Below, piece after piece: positions 49,408 through 61,247 of a DNA stretch of 64,000 nucleotides (its first letter is position 1; every line of letters starts with the position of its first letter). The stretch covers positions 320,001-384,000 of the forward strand of contig CBDCOZ010000003.1 of assembly GCA_965220085.1 (NCBI GenBank), given 5' to 3'. This stretch comes from Candidatus Oxydemutatoraceae bacterium. Its GTDB lineage: Bacteria > Pseudomonadota > Gammaproteobacteria > Poriferisulfidales > Oxydemutatoraceae. The notes below the pieces were generated by a model. That model was not told the DNA's origin and searched no databases. It saw only the letters and a list, made by a program, of their open reading frames with translations. A program made the translations under genes and the position numbers.

Positions 49408-52400
49408 AGTTAGCCGCCGCTTTTCTTGAAAACCGGGTCGCGGCGTACTCCTGCATCCTGCTGGTTCTGATCTTTGGTTCTATCACGCTGTATAAATTGC
49501 CGGTGCAACTGACGCCGGAGGTGCAGAAGCCGGAGATTACGGTCACGACGAATTGGCGGGCGGCGAACCCCGAAGAGATTGAATCCGAGATCGTGGAGCC
49601 GCAGGAGGATGCGCTCAAAGGTTTGCCCGGGATGACGCGCATGGTGTCGACGTCGCAGCGCGGCAGCGGCACAATCAACCTCAGTTTTGACCTTGATATC
49701 AGCGTGGATCGGGCGCTGATAGAGGTGGTGAACCGCTTAAACCGGGTGCCGTCTTATCCGACCGATGCCGATAATCCGATCCTGAGCAATGTCGGCGAAT
49801 CGGCGCGACCGATCGCCTGGTTCATCATCCGTCCGGCGCCCGGCAACGACAGCGACATCACGGCGTACCGCCGCATGATCGAGGAAACCGTGCAGCGGCG
49901 GTTTGAGCGCGTCTATGGCGTCGCGTTGTCGGAAGTGCGCGGCGCGATGGAGCGCGAGTTGCGGATTACGGTAGACCCGTATCTCGCCGCCGCCCGCGGC
50001 ATCGTGTTGCCCGCGGCGGTGGAAAAGGTCGCGGGCATGGCGGATATTTCCGGCGGCGACAAGGACATCGGCAAGCGCAGTTACAGCATCCGCTTCCGCG
50101 GCAAATACGACCCGCGCGAACTCGGCGATATGGTGCTCGACTGGCGCGATGAGAAGCCGGTCAAGTTGCGCGACATCGCCCGAGTGGAAGTGCTTCCGCA
50201 AGACTCCAATACGTTTGTGATTACCAAGACCGGCACCTCGCTTGCGGTCAATGCGTATCGCGAATCCGGCGTCAATGTCATCACGACGATGAACAAACTC
50301 AAGCAGGCGATGGACGAATTGGCGAGGGGGCCGCTGGCGCAGGCCGGGCTGACGGCGGAGCATGTTTTTGACGAGACGATCTACATCAAGGAGGCGATTA
50401 CCTTGTTGTTCGGCAATCTGGCGATCGGCATTTTTCTTGCCGGCATCGTGCTGTGGTGGTTCACCCGCCGCCTGCGGCCGATGTTCATCGTCAGTGTCAG
50501 CATTCCGGTATCGTTGTTTGCCGCGTTGGTCGTGTTGGAACTGACCGGGCGCACGCTCAACACGATCTCGCTTGCCGCGCTCGCTTTGTCGGTCGGGATG
50601 ATACTGGATGCGTCTATCATCGTGGTTGAGAATATTCTGCGCTTGCGCGGGCAGGGCAAGCCGATAGCCGAGGCGGCGTTGCAGGGGATGACGCAGACGA
50701 GGATGGCGCTCATCGCATCGGTGACGACGACCGTCGCTATCTTTCTGCCGATCGTGTGGATGGAAAACGAGGCCGGGCAGCTGTTTGCCGATCTGGCGGT
50801 CGCGCTGTCGGGGGGGATTATCATGTCGTTGCTCACCGCGCTGTTTTTGGTGCCGAGTTTTGGCAACCGCTGGCTGGGCGATAAGCAGATCGTTGATCCG
50901 TATAAAGAAACTTGGCTGCGCTTGGCGCGGCGGCTGATGCGGCTGACCGCAACGCCGGCGCGCCGGCGCGCGCTGATCGCGGGATTGTTGTCCGTGCCTT
51001 TGGTCATCACCGTGTTGGCGATGCCGAAGGCGGATTACCTGCCGACCGGCAATCGCAATCTCGTCTTTTCAATCCTGCTGCCGCCGCCGGGGATGAATAT
51101 TGAGACGATGAAGACCGAGATAGGGGATGTGATCGCCGAGAAACTGCGACCGCATGTCAGAGGGGAGGTCTTCCCGCAGGTCAAGCATTACTTTTTTGTC
51201 GCGTTTACCGGACAGGCTTTTATGGGCGCGCGGGCGGCGAATCCTGAGGACTCGGACGCCTTGGTTCCCCTGCTGAATAACTTGTTCCGTGACTTTCCCG
51301 ATGTCCTCGCCTTTGCCCGCCGCGCATCGTTGTTCAGCCAGGGCAATATCCGCTCCATCGACATTGACATACAAGGGCAGGATATTGAGTCCTTGCTCAA
51401 CGCCGCCCGCGCCGGTTACGGGGCGATCATGCAAGCGCTTCCGGGCGCGCGGGTACAGCCGCGTCCGGGTCTGGAGCTTTCCGACCCGCAGTTGACGCTC
51501 AAGCCGAATGAGGAACGGCTTGCCGAAGTCAGTTGGGACCGCGCTTCGCTCGGCATGATTTCGCGCGCCGTCGGCGACGGCTTGTTTGTGACGGATTATT
51601 TTGACGGTCAGAAGAAAATTGATGTCATAGCGCGCATAGAGGGGTGGGACACGCCCGATGAGTTGGCGTCTCTGCCGCTGGTCACGCCGAACGGCGCGCT
51701 CTCGCCGCTGGGACAATTGGTGCGCATTGAACGCACGGCGGGGCCGGATAAAATCCGCCGCCTCAACCGTCTGCGCACGGTGACTCTGGAAGTCACGCCG
51801 CCGCCGACGTTGCCTTTGCAACAGGCCATATCCGTTTTGCGCGAGAAGGTCGAGCCGGTGTTGCGCAGCCAACTGCCGCCCAATACGGCGGTCGGTTATG
51901 GCGGCAGCGCGAGCGACCTCGATGTCGCGTTGGCCAATATGGCGGGTATCTTCGCGCTGGCGATCATCATTTTGTATCTTTTGATATCGGTCATATTCCG
52001 TTCTTTCAAAGACGGCACATTGATCGTGATCAGTTTGCCGCTTGCGACTTTCGGCAGCGTGCTATTGCTGTCGGGCATGAACCTGTTCGTATTCCAGCCG
52101 CTTGATCTTTTGACCATGATAGGGTTTGTCATCATGCTCGGTTTGGTGGTCAACAATGCCATCCTGCTTGTGCATCAGGCGCGCGAAGCGGAGCGCGCGG
52201 GGCTCGATCGCGCCGCTGCGGTCGAGCAGGCATTGCAGATACGCCTGCGCCCGATCGCCATCAGCACATTGACCAGCCTGTTCGGCATGTTGCCGCTGCT
52301 GCTTTCCCCGGGCGCCGGCGCCGAGCTCTATCGGGGCTTGGCGGCGGTCATCGTCGGCGGGCTTGCGGTCAGCGCGATATTTACCGTGGTGCTGTTGCCC

Positions 52401-52457
52401 GCGTTGTTGCGTATCGGCGAAAAGCCGCAAGCGAGCGGCGCGGTTGCGGACGGCTAG
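49404..52457 (+). CDS. RND efflux permease (AcrB/AcrD/AcrF family)
   Basis: 1017 aa; [31 protein letters not shown]. Confidence 0.95.
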   Translation: MKLAAAFLENRVAAYSCILLVLIFGSITLYKLPVQLTPEVQKPEITVTTNWRAANPEEIESEIVEPQEDALKGLPGMTRMVSTSQRGSGTINLSFDLDISVDRALIEVVNRLNRVPSYPTDADNPILSNVGESARPIAWFIIRPAPGNDSDITAYRRMIEETVQRRFERVYGVALSEVRGAMERELRITVDPYLAAARGIVLPAAVEKVAGMADISGGDKDIGKRSYSIRFRGKYDPRELGDMVLDWRDEKPVKLRDIARVEVLPQDSNTFVITKTGTSLAVNAYRESGVNVITTMNKLKQAMDELARGPLAQAGLTAEHVFDETIYIKEAITLLFGNLAIGIFLAGIVLWWFTRRLRPMFIVSVSIPVSLFAALVVLELTGRTLNTISLAALALSVGMILDASIIVVENILRLRGQGKPIAEAALQGMTQTRMALIASVTTTVAIFLPIVWMENEAGQLFADLAVALSGGIIMSLLTALFLVPSFGNRWLGDKQIVDPYKETWLRLARRLMRLTATPARRRALIAGLLSVPLVITVLAMPKADYLPTGNRNLVFSILLPPPGMNIETMKTEIGDVIAEKLRPHVRGEVFPQVKHYFFVAFTGQAFMGARAANPEDSDALVPLLNNLFRDFPDVLAFARRASLFSQGNIRSIDIDIQGQDIESLLNAARAGYGAIMQALPGARVQPRPGLELSDPQLTLKPNEERLAEVSWDRASLGMISRAVGDGLFVTDYFDGQKKIDVIARIEGWDTPDELASLPLVTPNGALSPLGQLVRIERTAGPDKIRRLNRLRTVTLEVTPPPTLPLQQAISVLREKVEPVLRSQLPPNTAVGYGGSASDLDVALANMAGIFALAIIILYLLISVIFRSFKDGTLIVISLPLATFGSVLLLSGMNLFVFQPLDLLTMIGFVIMLGLVVNNAILLVHQAREAERAGLDRAAAVEQALQIRLRPIAISTLTSLFGMLPLLLSPGAGAELYRGLAAVIVGGLAVSAIFTVVLLPALLRIGEKPQASGAVADG

Positions 52458-52558
52458 GGGTTGCCCGCCCGCCGCCGTGTTCGGTCGCGCGCCATCGTCT
52501 TGCCGATAAAAGCGGCACAACTTGGTATAATTACGGTCTTGTTCGTCAAGTAAGAGGT

Positions 52559-53722
52559 GTGCAGATGCCGGAAAAAATTCCAGCCGATTCGGTCGGCATA
52601 GTAGAGCCCCAAGCGCGGCGTTTTGCTCAAAGCCTGACCCTTGAATGCGGAGCGACCCTTCCCGAGTTTGCGCTTGCCTACGAAACCTACGGCGAGTTGA
52701 ATGCCGATAAGTCCAACGCCATACTGATATGCCACGCTTTGTCGAGCGATCAGCACGCGGCGGGCTATCACGATATGCGCGATCGCAAACCGGGCTGGTG
52801 GGAAGTGTGCATAGGCCCGGGCAAACCTTTTGACACCGACAAGTTCTTTGTCATCTGCCCGAACAATATCGGCGGCTGCAAGGGCAGCACCGGCCCCAAT
52901 ACGATCGACCCGGTCACCGGCCGACACTACGCCGGCAAGTTTCCGATCGTGACCGTCAAGGACTGGATCAAGAGCCAGAGTATGCTCGCCGACGCGTTTG
53001 GCATTGAGCGTTGGGCGGCGGTTATCGGCGGCAGCCTCGGCGGCATGCAGGCGATGCAGTGGGCGATTGACTTCCCCGACCGTCTGCGCCATGCGGTGGT
53101 GATTGCCGCCGCCCCCAAACTGTCGGCGCAGAATATCGCTTTTAATGAGGTCGCGCGGCAGGCTATCGTATCCGACCCCGATTTTATGGACGGCAATTTC
53201 TATGGCCGACCGGCGCCGCGCAAGGGCATGATGCTCGCGCGTATGCTGGGACACATCACCTATCTTTCGGAGGATGAGATGCGCGATAAATTCGGGCGCG
53301 AATTGAAACAGCAGGGGGAACAGCCGGGCTTTAGTTTTGATGTCGAGTTTCAGGTTGAGAGTTATCTGCGTTATCAGGGCGAGTCCTTCGTCGACCGCTT
53401 TGATGCCAACACCTATCTGCGCATGACCAAGGCGCTGGATTATTTTGATCCCGCCGCCGGCTTTGACGGGGATTTGACCGCCGCGTTCGCCGCCGCCAAG
53501 GCAAAATTCTTGGTCGTATCGTTTACGACCGACTGGCGTTTTGCGCCGTCGCGGTCGGAGGAGATCGTCAACGCATTGTTGCAGGCCGGCCGGTCGGTCA
53601 GTTACTGCGAGGTCAAATCGTCGTCGGGACACGATGCGTTTCTCAAATACGACCGCCAGTATATCGCGTTGCTCCATGCGCACATGAATCAAATTTTGCG
53701 GGATATTTCCGATGCGCCTTGA
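52559..53722 (+). CDS. metX: Homoserine O-acyltransferase
   Basis: [35 protein letters not shown]. Confidence 0.96.
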   Translation: MQMPEKIPADSVGIVEPQARRFAQSLTLECGATLPEFALAYETYGELNADKSNAILICHALSSDQHAAGYHDMRDRKPGWWEVCIGPGKPFDTDKFFVICPNNIGGCKGSTGPNTIDPVTGRHYAGKFPIVTVKDWIKSQSMLADAFGIERWAAVIGGSLGGMQAMQWAIDFPDRLRHAVVIAAAPKLSAQNIAFNEVARQAIVSDPDFMDGNFYGRPAPRKGMMLARMLGHITYLSEDEMRDKFGRELKQQGEQPGFSFDVEFQVESYLRYQGESFVDRFDANTYLRMTKALDYFDPAAGFDGDLTAAFAAAKAKFLVVSFTTDWRFAPSRSEEIVNALLQAGRSVSYCEVKSSSGHDAFLKYDRQYIALLHAHMNQILRDISDAP

Positions 53723-54305
53723 TTTTGAGATTATTTCAAACTGGATCAGCCCCGGCAGCAAAGTGCTCGATCTCGGTTGCGGCGACGGCGAGTTGCTGTA
53801 TCAACTGATAACCAACCGGGGGGTGACCGGTTTGGGGCTTGAAATAGACGACGACAATATCGTCCGCTGCATAGAGCGCGGCGTGCCCGTATTGCAAACA
53901 GACCTTGACAAGGGGTTGCGCAACCTGATTCACGACGGCAGTTTTGATTATGTGCTGATGACGCAGACTCTGCAGGCGATTCGCCGTCCCGATGAGTTGT
54001 TGCGGGAAATGTTGCGGGTCGGCAACGAGGCGATCGTGACCTTTCCGAATATGGGCTTTTGGCAAAGCCGTCTGAAGTTGTTGCTGGGGCGGATGCCGAT
54101 TACCCGCGCCCTGCCTTCGCAGTGGTACGACACCGAGAATATTCATCTGTGTACGGTGGCCGATTTTGAAGCCTTATGCGCCGATAAAGGGTTTTATTGC
54201 GTCCATCGGGAGGTCGTCAATAACGCCTACCGGGCATCTCGCATCATCAACAAATGGCCCAACCTGATGGGCGAGACCGCGCTCTATCGCTTGCAGTACA
54301 AATAA
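53712..54305 (+). CDS. metW: Methionine biosynthesis protein MetW
   Basis: [26 protein letters not shown]; follows metX. Confidence 0.95.
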   Translation: MRLDFEIISNWISPGSKVLDLGCGDGELLYQLITNRGVTGLGLEIDDDNIVRCIERGVPVLQTDLDKGLRNLIHDGSFDYVLMTQTLQAIRRPDELLREMLRVGNEAIVTFPNMGFWQSRLKLLLGRMPITRALPSQWYDTENIHLCTVADFEALCADKGFYCVHREVVNNAYRASRIINKWPNLMGETALYRLQYK

Positions 54306-54374
54306 CTTGCGCAGGCGCTTGTGCCGGCAAGCGTCGCGGGAGCGCGAGGAGCGCGATGCAAAATGCGCAAGCGC

Positions 54375-54683
54375 TTATGCCGGCAGGCGTCGCGATATGT
54401 AACGACCGGAATCGGACTCTTTGAAGTACACCCGAACCAGCGGGTGGTTTATCGTGTGTGTCGAGCACGCCTCAAGGTTGCGCTCGGCGACATACGTTTC
54501 TATGTCCTGATTGTCGACCAGTATGTGATACCAAGGCCGGTCTTTGGGCGGCCGGGTTTGGGCGACTGTCTCGTACCACTCGTCGTTGCCCATAAAAACG
54601 GCATCGGCATCGTAAATGACCCCGTGATATCCGAATATTTTGTGTTTGATTACGTCTCCGATTGAAAATAAAGCTCCGCTCAT
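54375..54683 (-). CDS. hspQ: Heat shock protein HspQ (YccV-like)
   Basis: FSIGDVIKHKIFGYHGVIYD.D, PWYHILV, TYVAERNL. Confidence 0.92.
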   Translation of the reverse strand: MSGALFSIGDVIKHKIFGYHGVIYDADAVFMGNDEWYETVAQTRPPKDRPWYHILVDNQDIETYVAERNLEACSTHTINHPLVRVYFKESDSGRYISRRLPA

Positions 54684-55012
54684 TGGACGATCGCCTCCCT
54701 TTTGATGGTCCGTTACTCGCGCAACGGACAGATAAAATAATATCCCAATATACCAGCCATAGCGGCGATGTCCATATATTTGTCAAACATTGTTTGCGAA
54801 CATGCGGATAAACCGAGCACAAACGCGCGACCCGTTCGGGAGACGCCGGCAAACGCTATATAATTACGGGTGCGAGGGGAAGCGGGCGATACGATGTTCG
54901 GCGCGGTCGCGAGGGCGCGGAGAACGCCCGTATCTGACGCCGACGGACTGTCGGCAGCGCTGTTTGCGCCTGCTCGCGCGATGATTTGCAGCAACAACAA
55001 AGTGAGAGAGAT

Positions 55013-55423
55013 ATGGGGAAAGTCATTCCGATCAAACCTGACAAGAGCGTCAAGATGACGCCTGAGACCAAGTGCGGTTTCTGTACCAACAGCAAGTGCT
55101 GTACCTATGTAACGCAGGCGATAGAGGGGCCGCGCAGCAAATACGACTTTGAGCATTTGCTGTGGCAGGTGTCGCACGATCATGTCAGCGCGTACAGAGA
55201 CAGCGACGGGTGGTGTTTGGTGTACGACACCCGATGCGCGCACCTTTTGCCGGACGGGCAATGCGGCATCTATGAGACGCGCCCGCAGATTTGTCGCGAC
55301 CATTCAAATGACTATTGCGAATACGATGCCGCCGCCGAGGAGGGGTTTGACCTCTATTTCCCGGACTATGACTCGTTGCTGAAGTATTGCAAGAAACGCT
55401 TTAAGAAATGGGAGCGCGGCTGA
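55013..55423 (+). CDS. YkgJ-family cysteine cluster protein
   Basis: CGFC...CC, C..L...GQCGIYETRPQICR. Confidence 0.88.
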   Translation: MGKVIPIKPDKSVKMTPETKCGFCTNSKCCTYVTQAIEGPRSKYDFEHLLWQVSHDHVSAYRDSDGWCLVYDTRCAHLLPDGQCGIYETRPQICRDHSNDYCEYDAAAEEGFDLYFPDYDSLLKYCKKRFKKWERG

Positions 55424-56250
55424 TGCACGACCCCTTGGCGCCGGCGAGTTTGCTGGAGGATGTTTGCGATCTGTCCTGTCGGGCGGGCGGCAAAATCATG
55501 GAGATATATCGCGGCGACGCGTTTAACGTTCAATACAAGGGGGACAAATCGCCGGTCACCGATGCCGATCTGGCGTCCGACCGATTGATCGTGCGGGGGT
55601 TGCGCGAACTGACGCCGGACTGGCCGGTGTTGTCGGAGGAAAGTTCCGATGCGTTTCCTTTTGCGCAACGTTGCCGGTGGTCTGTTTATTGGCTGGTTGA
55701 TCCGCTCGACGGCACCAAGGGCTTTATCAAACGCAACGGATATTTCACAGTGAATGTCGCGCTGGTTGTTAATCACAAAGTCACGCTCGGCGTCATCTAT
55801 ATGCCGGACAGCCGCAAGTTGTATTACGCCGCCAGCGGCTTCGGCGCGCATCGCCGCATTGACGACGGCCCGGCACAGGCGATCACCGTGTGCCGGACGC
55901 TGCGCGAAAGGCCGATTGTCGTTGCCAGCCGCGCGCATATCAATGTCCCGACCCGCCGCTTGCTTGAAAAGATCGGCGAGCACGAGTTGGCGCATGCCGA
56001 CAGCTCGCTGAAATGCTGTTTGGTGGCGGATGGCAGCGCCGACCTCTATCTGCGTGTCGGCCCGACCTGCGAGTGGGATACCGCCGCCGGGCAATGTATC
56101 GTCGAGGAGGCCGGCGGTTATTTGACCGATACTTCTGGGGCGCCGCTTGAATACAACCGCAAGGACTCTTTAATCAACCCGCCTTTTGTCGTGCATACGC
56201 CGTCGTCGCCGGAGTGGAAGGAGTTCATGGCGTCCGTCGCCGCATCCTAG
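55423..56250 (+). CDS. cysQ: 3'(2'),5'-bisphosphate nucleotidase
   Basis: KGDKSPVTDAD, LSEE, WLVDPLDGTK, EWDTAAG. Confidence 0.95.
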   Translation: MHDPLAPASLLEDVCDLSCRAGGKIMEIYRGDAFNVQYKGDKSPVTDADLASDRLIVRGLRELTPDWPVLSEESSDAFPFAQRCRWSVYWLVDPLDGTKGFIKRNGYFTVNVALVVNHKVTLGVIYMPDSRKLYYAASGFGAHRRIDDGPAQAITVCRTLRERPIVVASRAHINVPTRRLLEKIGEHELAHADSSLKCCLVADGSADLYLRVGPTCEWDTAAGQCIVEEAGGYLTDTSGAPLEYNRKDSLINPPFVVHTPSSPEWKEFMASVAAS

Positions 56251-56256
56251 CGGCAA

Positions 56257-56895
56257 TCAGCGCATCTTGCCGCGTAGCCAGATTTCATCGAGCGGTTTGC
56301 GTTGCGAGGGCGCCTCGCCGGATTTGGCGTTCTCGGGCAAGCGGTCGGGCGTATCTATGCAGCCGAGCGCAAAACCGCAAATCACCTCATAATCGTCTGC
56401 GGGGATGTTGAGTTGCTTATAGACTTCTTCGCGGCGGATGCCCCCCATGCCGTGGGTGTACAGGCCGAACTTGCGCGCTTGCAGAGTCATCGCCATCCAC
56501 GCCGCGCCGCAGTCAAACGCCGCCAAGCCGTTGGGCTTGTCGTTGTGCGAGAAGCGCCGGCTCGCGATGATGAAACCGAGCAGCGAGACGTCTTTCGCCC
56601 ATGTTTGATTGCCCTCGACCAGCAAGCCGACAAACTTGGCGAAGGCGTCTTTATCGTCGGCGCTTGCGGTGATGAAGATCCACGGTTGCTCGTTGTGGCA
56701 CGACGGCGACCAACGCGCCGCATCAAAGATTGCCGCGAGTACGGATTCCGGCAAGGCGACCGGTTTGAAGGCGCGCGGCGACCACCGCCGGTAAAACAGT
56801 TCGTCAACCCCGGCAACGGGGTCGCGGCGGCTGTAATCAACCGCATAGGGCGCGGGAAACTTATCATTCATTGCGTTATCCTCTGTTGTATTCAA
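56257..56895 (-). CDS. Nitroreductase family protein
   Basis: RRWSPRAF, AARWSPSCHNEQPW, FDCGAA, THGMGG. Confidence 0.92.
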   Translation of the reverse strand: MNTTEDNAMNDKFPAPYAVDYSRRDPVAGVDELFYRRWSPRAFKPVALPESVLAAIFDAARWSPSCHNEQPWIFITASADDKDAFAKFVGLLVEGNQTWAKDVSLLGFIIASRRFSHNDKPNGLAAFDCGAAWMAMTLQARKFGLYTHGMGGIRREEVYKQLNIPADDYEVICGFALGCIDTPDRLPENAKSGEAPSQRKPLDEIWLRGKMR

Positions 56896-57009
56896 TAAAA
56901 CTGACCGTGAAAGACAATGATTATATTACGAAATGCGCTTTGCTATTCCCATCGGCGGGTTTCTAATATAGTATGTATATGCAAATCATGACTTTGAGGA
57001 GATGAAAAC

Positions 57010-57828
57010 ATGAAAAGATTCGTATTATTTCTGATGTTGCTGTTTGCATTCGGCAACATCCATGCGGCAAAAGTGACAGAGGGGTTTGTGTGGCCGGAAT
57101 CGGTCGCGGAAGGCCCCGACGGGCTCATCTATGTGTCTGAAATCGGAGCGCGCGACACCGACGGCGACGGCAAGATAAGCAAAATTGACAGCGACGGCAA
57201 GAGGGTTGTGGTCGCAAAAGGTTTGAATGATCCCAAGGGGATTGTGTTTTACAAAAAGCATCTCTATGTGACCGACCGCGATGTCGTTTTGAAAGTCAGC
57301 CTTGACGGCGCATGGAAAGTGTTCGCCGCCGCCGATGCGTTTCCGCAAAAGCCGGTTTTTCTAAATGACATAGAGGTCTCGCCTGCCGGAGATTTTTATA
57401 TATCGGATACCGGCGACTTTAAGTCCGGCGGGGCGGTTTTTATGATGGACTCGGCGGGCAAGGTCGGGCTTCTCTTTGGCGACGATGGGAAATATGTCAG
57501 GGCTCCGAACGGGCTGCTTTGGAGCGAAGATTCCATGTTGCTGATCGTGGATTGGGGCGGCGACTTGCTCAAAGCCGACCCGGTTTCAAAGAGAATCAAT
57601 AAGATCGGCGCCGGGTTTGACGGCGGCGACGGGCTGGCGGCGGCCGATGCATCAATCTATATCACGAGTTGGACCGAAGGCAAGCTTTACGCGTACAAGC
57701 TCGGGAAGGTGCAGGTTATCGCCGACGGCTTTGAAGCGGCGGCGGATCTCGCTTTGAGCAGAGACAAGACCAAGATCATCGTGCCCGACATGAAAGCGGG
57801 GACGGTTTCTATCCTGCCGGTGCGCTAG
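57010..57828 (+). CDS. Secreted SMP-30/gluconolactonase-like beta-propeller protein
   Basis: Signal peptide; PESV, GLNDPKGI, FLNDI, PNGL, DGL, AADL. Confidence 0.85.
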   Translation: MKRFVLFLMLLFAFGNIHAAKVTEGFVWPESVAEGPDGLIYVSEIGARDTDGDGKISKIDSDGKRVVVAKGLNDPKGIVFYKKHLYVTDRDVVLKVSLDGAWKVFAAADAFPQKPVFLNDIEVSPAGDFYISDTGDFKSGGAVFMMDSAGKVGLLFGDDGKYVRAPNGLLWSEDSMLLIVDWGGDLLKADPVSKRINKIGAGFDGGDGLAAADASIYITSWTEGKLYAYKLGKVQVIADGFEAAADLALSRDKTKIIVPDMKAGTVSILPVR

Positions 57829-58237
57829 TCCGCCGCCCGCTTTGTGCGCGGAAGTTGCATCGGCAAGCGCACCCCCGACATGAAAGCGGGGACGGTTTCT
57901 ATCCTCCCGGTGCGCTCCTCCGCCGCCCGCTTTGTGCGCGGAAGTTGCATCGGCAAGCGCACCCCCGACATGAAAGCGGGGACGGTTTCTATCCTCCCGG
58001 TGCGCTAGTCTGTCGCCTCCGCTTTGTGCGCGGAAGTTGCATCGGCAAGCGCACCCCCGACATGAAAGCGGGGACGGTTTCTATCCTCCCGGTGCGCTCC
58101 TCTGTCGCCTCCGCTTTGTGCGCGGAAGTTGCATCGGCAAGCGCACCCCCGACATGAAAGCGGGGACGGTTTCTATCCTCCCGGTGCGCTCCTCCGCCGC
58201 CCCGCTTTGTGCGCGGAAGTTGCATCGGCAAGCGCAT
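57784..58237. repeat. Tandem array (5 x 90-92 bp) of the beta-propeller gene 3' end
   Basis: cccgacatgaaagcggggacgg at 57784, 57874, 57964, 58056 and 58148. Confidence 0.97.
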
Positions 58238-58250
58238 TCCGTTCGGGCGC

Positions 58251-59426
58251 TCACTCGGGATCAAAGCACGCAAGATACTTGCGATAGATATAAGCCTTGC
58301 CGCGCCTGCTTTTGCTCTCTGCCGGCTCAAGGATTCCGAGATTGACAAAATTGTCAATAACCCCGTTTGCTCCGGCGCGGGTAAAGCCCGTCCACTGCAT
58401 CACTTGAGCGGATGTGACGAGCGGTTGCGCAAACAAGCGGGTCAGCACCTTGGTACCGCTTTCGGCCGGTTTTTTCGCCAGCGCTTGCATCTTCTTCATG
58501 TCCTCGTCGTACACAACCCTGATCGCTTTGGATATCTCGATAGCCTCCCGCGCGGTTTCAATCACGCCGTCCAGAAAGAAATGCAGCCATTCCTCAATGC
58601 CGCCTTTGCGATAAGCATCCAAATTGTCATAGTAGGTTTGCTGATGCTTCTTAAAGTAGGAGGATAAAAACAGCGTCGGCTTTTCCAACAATTTTTTCTG
58701 ATGCAACATCAGCGCGATCAAAAGGCGTCCTACCCTCCCGTTGCCGTCAAGGAACGGGTGTATGGTCTCAAATTGGGCGTGTGCGAGCCCGATTTGCAGC
58801 AGCGGCAATATCGAATCTTGGTGCAGAAATGTTTCAAGGTCGCTCATCGCCCGTTGCATCTCGGTTGCGGGCGGCGGCACAAACCGCGCATTGCCGGGGC
58901 TTGTGCCGCCGATCCAATTTTGTCCGGCGCGAAATTCTCCGGGGGCGGAGTAGTGGCTTGAACGGGCATCCTTCATCAGCGCCCGATGTATTCCCTTGAT
59001 AAAACGCAGAGAAAGGGGCAAGGTTTTCATCAGTTCCAGTCCGTGATACAAAGCCGCCACATAGCGAACGATGTCATCGGCATCGGTGTCTTTGGCGGCA
59101 ACGCCCGCTTTCATTTCAATCGCATCGATGAACGTTGCTTGGGTGCCCTCGATTTGAGCCGATGGTGTCGCGTCTTTAAAGACGAACATAGCGAGAAAGA
59201 AATCGACAGCGGGCAAAACATGTGTGATGCCATTCAGATCACCCACCAACCCTCGGGCGCTATCGGTCTTGTAAAGGAGCTCATGCGGAATTCCTTTGAG
59301 TAGTTTTTTGGGCGGGAAGGGCAACGGTATAAATGCCGAGAAGCCATCCCGTTGTTGTACTTGTTTGCCGAGTTCAATATTCATAGAAGCGGTTACCGTT
59401 CTGTTAGCAAGAGATACTGTTTCCAA
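58251..59426 (-). CDS. Fic family protein (Fic_N + Fic + wHTH)
   Basis: SAQIEGT; HPFLDGNGRVGR. The start may be 59384. Confidence 0.93.
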   Translation of the reverse strand: METVSLANRTVTASMNIELGKQVQQRDGFSAFIPLPFPPKKLLKGIPHELLYKTDSARGLVGDLNGITHVLPAVDFFLAMFVFKDATPSAQIEGTQATFIDAIEMKAGVAAKDTDADDIVRYVAALYHGLELMKTLPLSLRFIKGIHRALMKDARSSHYSAPGEFRAGQNWIGGTSPGNARFVPPPATEMQRAMSDLETFLHQDSILPLLQIGLAHAQFETIHPFLDGNGRVGRLLIALMLHQKKLLEKPTLFLSSYFKKHQQTYYDNLDAYRKGGIEEWLHFFLDGVIETAREAIEISKAIRVVYDEDMKKMQALAKKPAESGTKVLTRLFAQPLVTSAQVMQWTGFTRAGANGVIDNFVNLGILEPAESKSRRGKAYIYRKYLACFDPE

Positions 59427-59427
59427 T

Positions 59428-59677
59428 TCCAGTATCTTTTGTATTAAAAGATACTATATCACGATTTGGTATCCCTTTCCGAGAAAAGAGATACCAGATT
59501 GCAGAAATCTCTCTGAGCCCTTTGAACTAAAGGGTTCTTAAGGTGCTTGTCTGTTCCCGACTCCAGTATCTTTTGTCTTATAAGATACTATATCGAGATT
59601 TGGTATCTCTTTTGAAAAAAAGAGATACCAGAATGCAGAAATCTCTCTGAGCCCTTTGAACTAAAGGGTTTTTAAGG
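59428..59677. repeat. Direct duplication (period 134 bp) upstream of fic
   Basis: tccagtatcttttgt...gagccctttgaactaaagggtt at 59428 and 59562. Confidence 0.9.
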
Positions 59678-59762
59678 CATTCGTCCGGCGGGTGGTACCG
59701 CCTTTGCCAGAGGAGGGGTCGCTTTCCTGTTTGGTTGGAGATGGGCTTAAGTGCGGCGCAGG

Positions 59763-59838
59763 TGGTGGCCAGAGGTGGAATCGAACCACCGACACGAGGA
59801 TTTTCAGTCCACTGCTCTACCGACTGAGCTATCTGGCC
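59763..59838 (-). tRNA. tRNA-Phe(GAA)
   Basis: GGCCAGATAGCTCAGTCGGTAGAGCAGTGGACT-GAA-AATCCTC...GGTTCGATTCCACCTCTGGCCACCA; 76 nt. Confidence 0.96.
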
Positions 59839-59884
59839 ATGTAAGCAAATGATGGCAGCGCCATCGATGAATTCCGTCGGGCAA

Positions 59885-60151
59885 TTATGCCGGCGGCGTA
59901 AATTCTTTCGGTTTCTCCGCACCCCCTTCAAAGAAAAACTTTTCCATCTCTTCTTCAAGAAACTTGCGCGCCTTGGGATCGACCGGAGTCAGGCGGTATT
60001 CGTTTATCAACATCGTTTGGTGTTTGAGCCACTCATCCCACGCCTGCTTGCTGACATTCTCGTAAATTTTTTCGCCGAGCTCCCCGGGATAAGGCCTATA
60101 GTCCAGCCCTTCCGCTTCCTCGCCCAGCTTCACACATTTGACTGTTCGCAT
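59885..60151 (-). CDS. yggX: Fe(II)-trafficking / oxidative damage protection protein
   Basis: RTVKC..L..EAEGLD..PYPGELG...[13 protein letters not shown]; follows mutY. Confidence 0.95.
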   Translation of the reverse strand: MRTVKCVKLGEEAEGLDYRPYPGELGEKIYENVSKQAWDEWLKHQTMLINEYRLTPVDPKARKFLEEEMEKFFFEGGAEKPKEFTPPA

Positions 60152-61215
60152 TGTTTTCTCTCCGTGCTATGTTTATCTTCCAATTGTTTCAGCAGCCGCT
60201 TGACCAACGCGGGGGCGCCGCCTGAGACAGCGCTAATTTTACACCAAACGAAGCGCTTATCGTCCGCAATCGACAGCGGCAACTTCCTCAGTCGCAGACA
60301 GAGCGGCGTGACCGACAGGCGCAGGTGGGTCAGATTATAAGTCACTTCCGGCCATGTTTCGCTGGCGGAAAACCCCCCGCAATGCCGCCTGCACCAGCTT
60401 TTTGCCTGCCCGACGCTGTCGGCTTCGGGGAAGCTCAGAAGCCCGCCCCAGATGCCTTGCGGCGGGCGCCGTTCGAGCAATACCTTCTCCTCGCGCGCGA
60501 CCATGACGACGACAAATTCGCGCACCGGACGCGTCCGCTTTTTGCGCTGCGTCGGGCGCATAGCGACGACATCACGGCGATACGCTTTGCAATCGCGCGC
60601 TACGGGACAAGTCTCGCACTTCGGCTTGACCGTCGTGCAGACCAGCGCGCCCATGTCCATCAGCGCCTGATTGTAACGGCCCGCCTCCCGTTGCGGCAGC
60701 CGTTGTTCGGCAAGCTCCCACAGAATCCGTTTGCTGCGGCTGTCTCCGTGCCGGCCGTCAATATCGGCGTGCCGCGCAAGCACCCGCCTTGCGTTGGCAT
60801 CCATGATCGCATGGCGTTGTCCGCAAGCCAGCGACAAGATCGCGCCCGCTGTCGAATGCCCGATACCGGGCAGTTTGACCAACATCTCCTTCGTGCGCGG
60901 CAAGCGCCCGCGGTGCTCGTCACGCACCGTTTGCGCCGCCTGGTGCAACGAACGCGCGCGCGCGTAGTAGCCCAGCCCGGCCCACAGCGCGAGCGCCTCA
61001 TCGACATCGGCTTCGGCCAAGCGTTTGATGCCGGGGAAGCGGCGCATGAAGCGGCGGTAATACGGGATGACTGTTTGCACTTGGGTCTGTTGCAGCATAA
61101 TCTCGGAAACCCAGACGCGGTAGGGGGTCGGGTTGCGTTGCCACGGCAGGTCGTGGCGCCCATGGCGTTTGTGCCAGTCAAGCAGGCGTTGCGCAAAGGA
61201 GGGTTCGGCCGCCAT
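60130..61215 (-). CDS. mutY: A/G-specific adenine glycosylase
   Basis: [30 protein letters not shown]-x6-C-x2-C-x5-C cluster. Confidence 0.97.
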   Translation of the reverse strand: MAAEPSFAQRLLDWHKRHGRHDLPWQRNPTPYRVWVSEIMLQQTQVQTVIPYYRRFMRRFPGIKRLAEADVDEALALWAGLGYYARARSLHQAAQTVRDEHRGRLPRTKEMLVKLPGIGHSTAGAILSLACGQRHAIMDANARRVLARHADIDGRHGDSRSKRILWELAEQRLPQREAGRYNQALMDMGALVCTTVKPKCETCPVARDCKAYRRDVVAMRPTQRKKRTRPVREFVVVMVAREEKVLLERRPPQGIWGGLLSFPEADSVGQAKSWCRRHCGGFSASETWPEVTYNLTHLRLSVTPLCLRLRKLPLSIADDKRFVWCKISAVSGGAPALVKRLLKQLEDKHSTERKQCEQSNV

Positions 61216-61247
61216 GGTTCCGTCGCTGCCGCTATGCCATGGGCGGC

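Noticed and set aside
59763-59838. U-U mismatch in the tRNA-Phe anticodon stem (GTGGA/TCCTC) as a sign of a pseudo-tRNA
   Set aside because: All other arms and the CCA end are canonical; one stem mismatch is not enough evidence.
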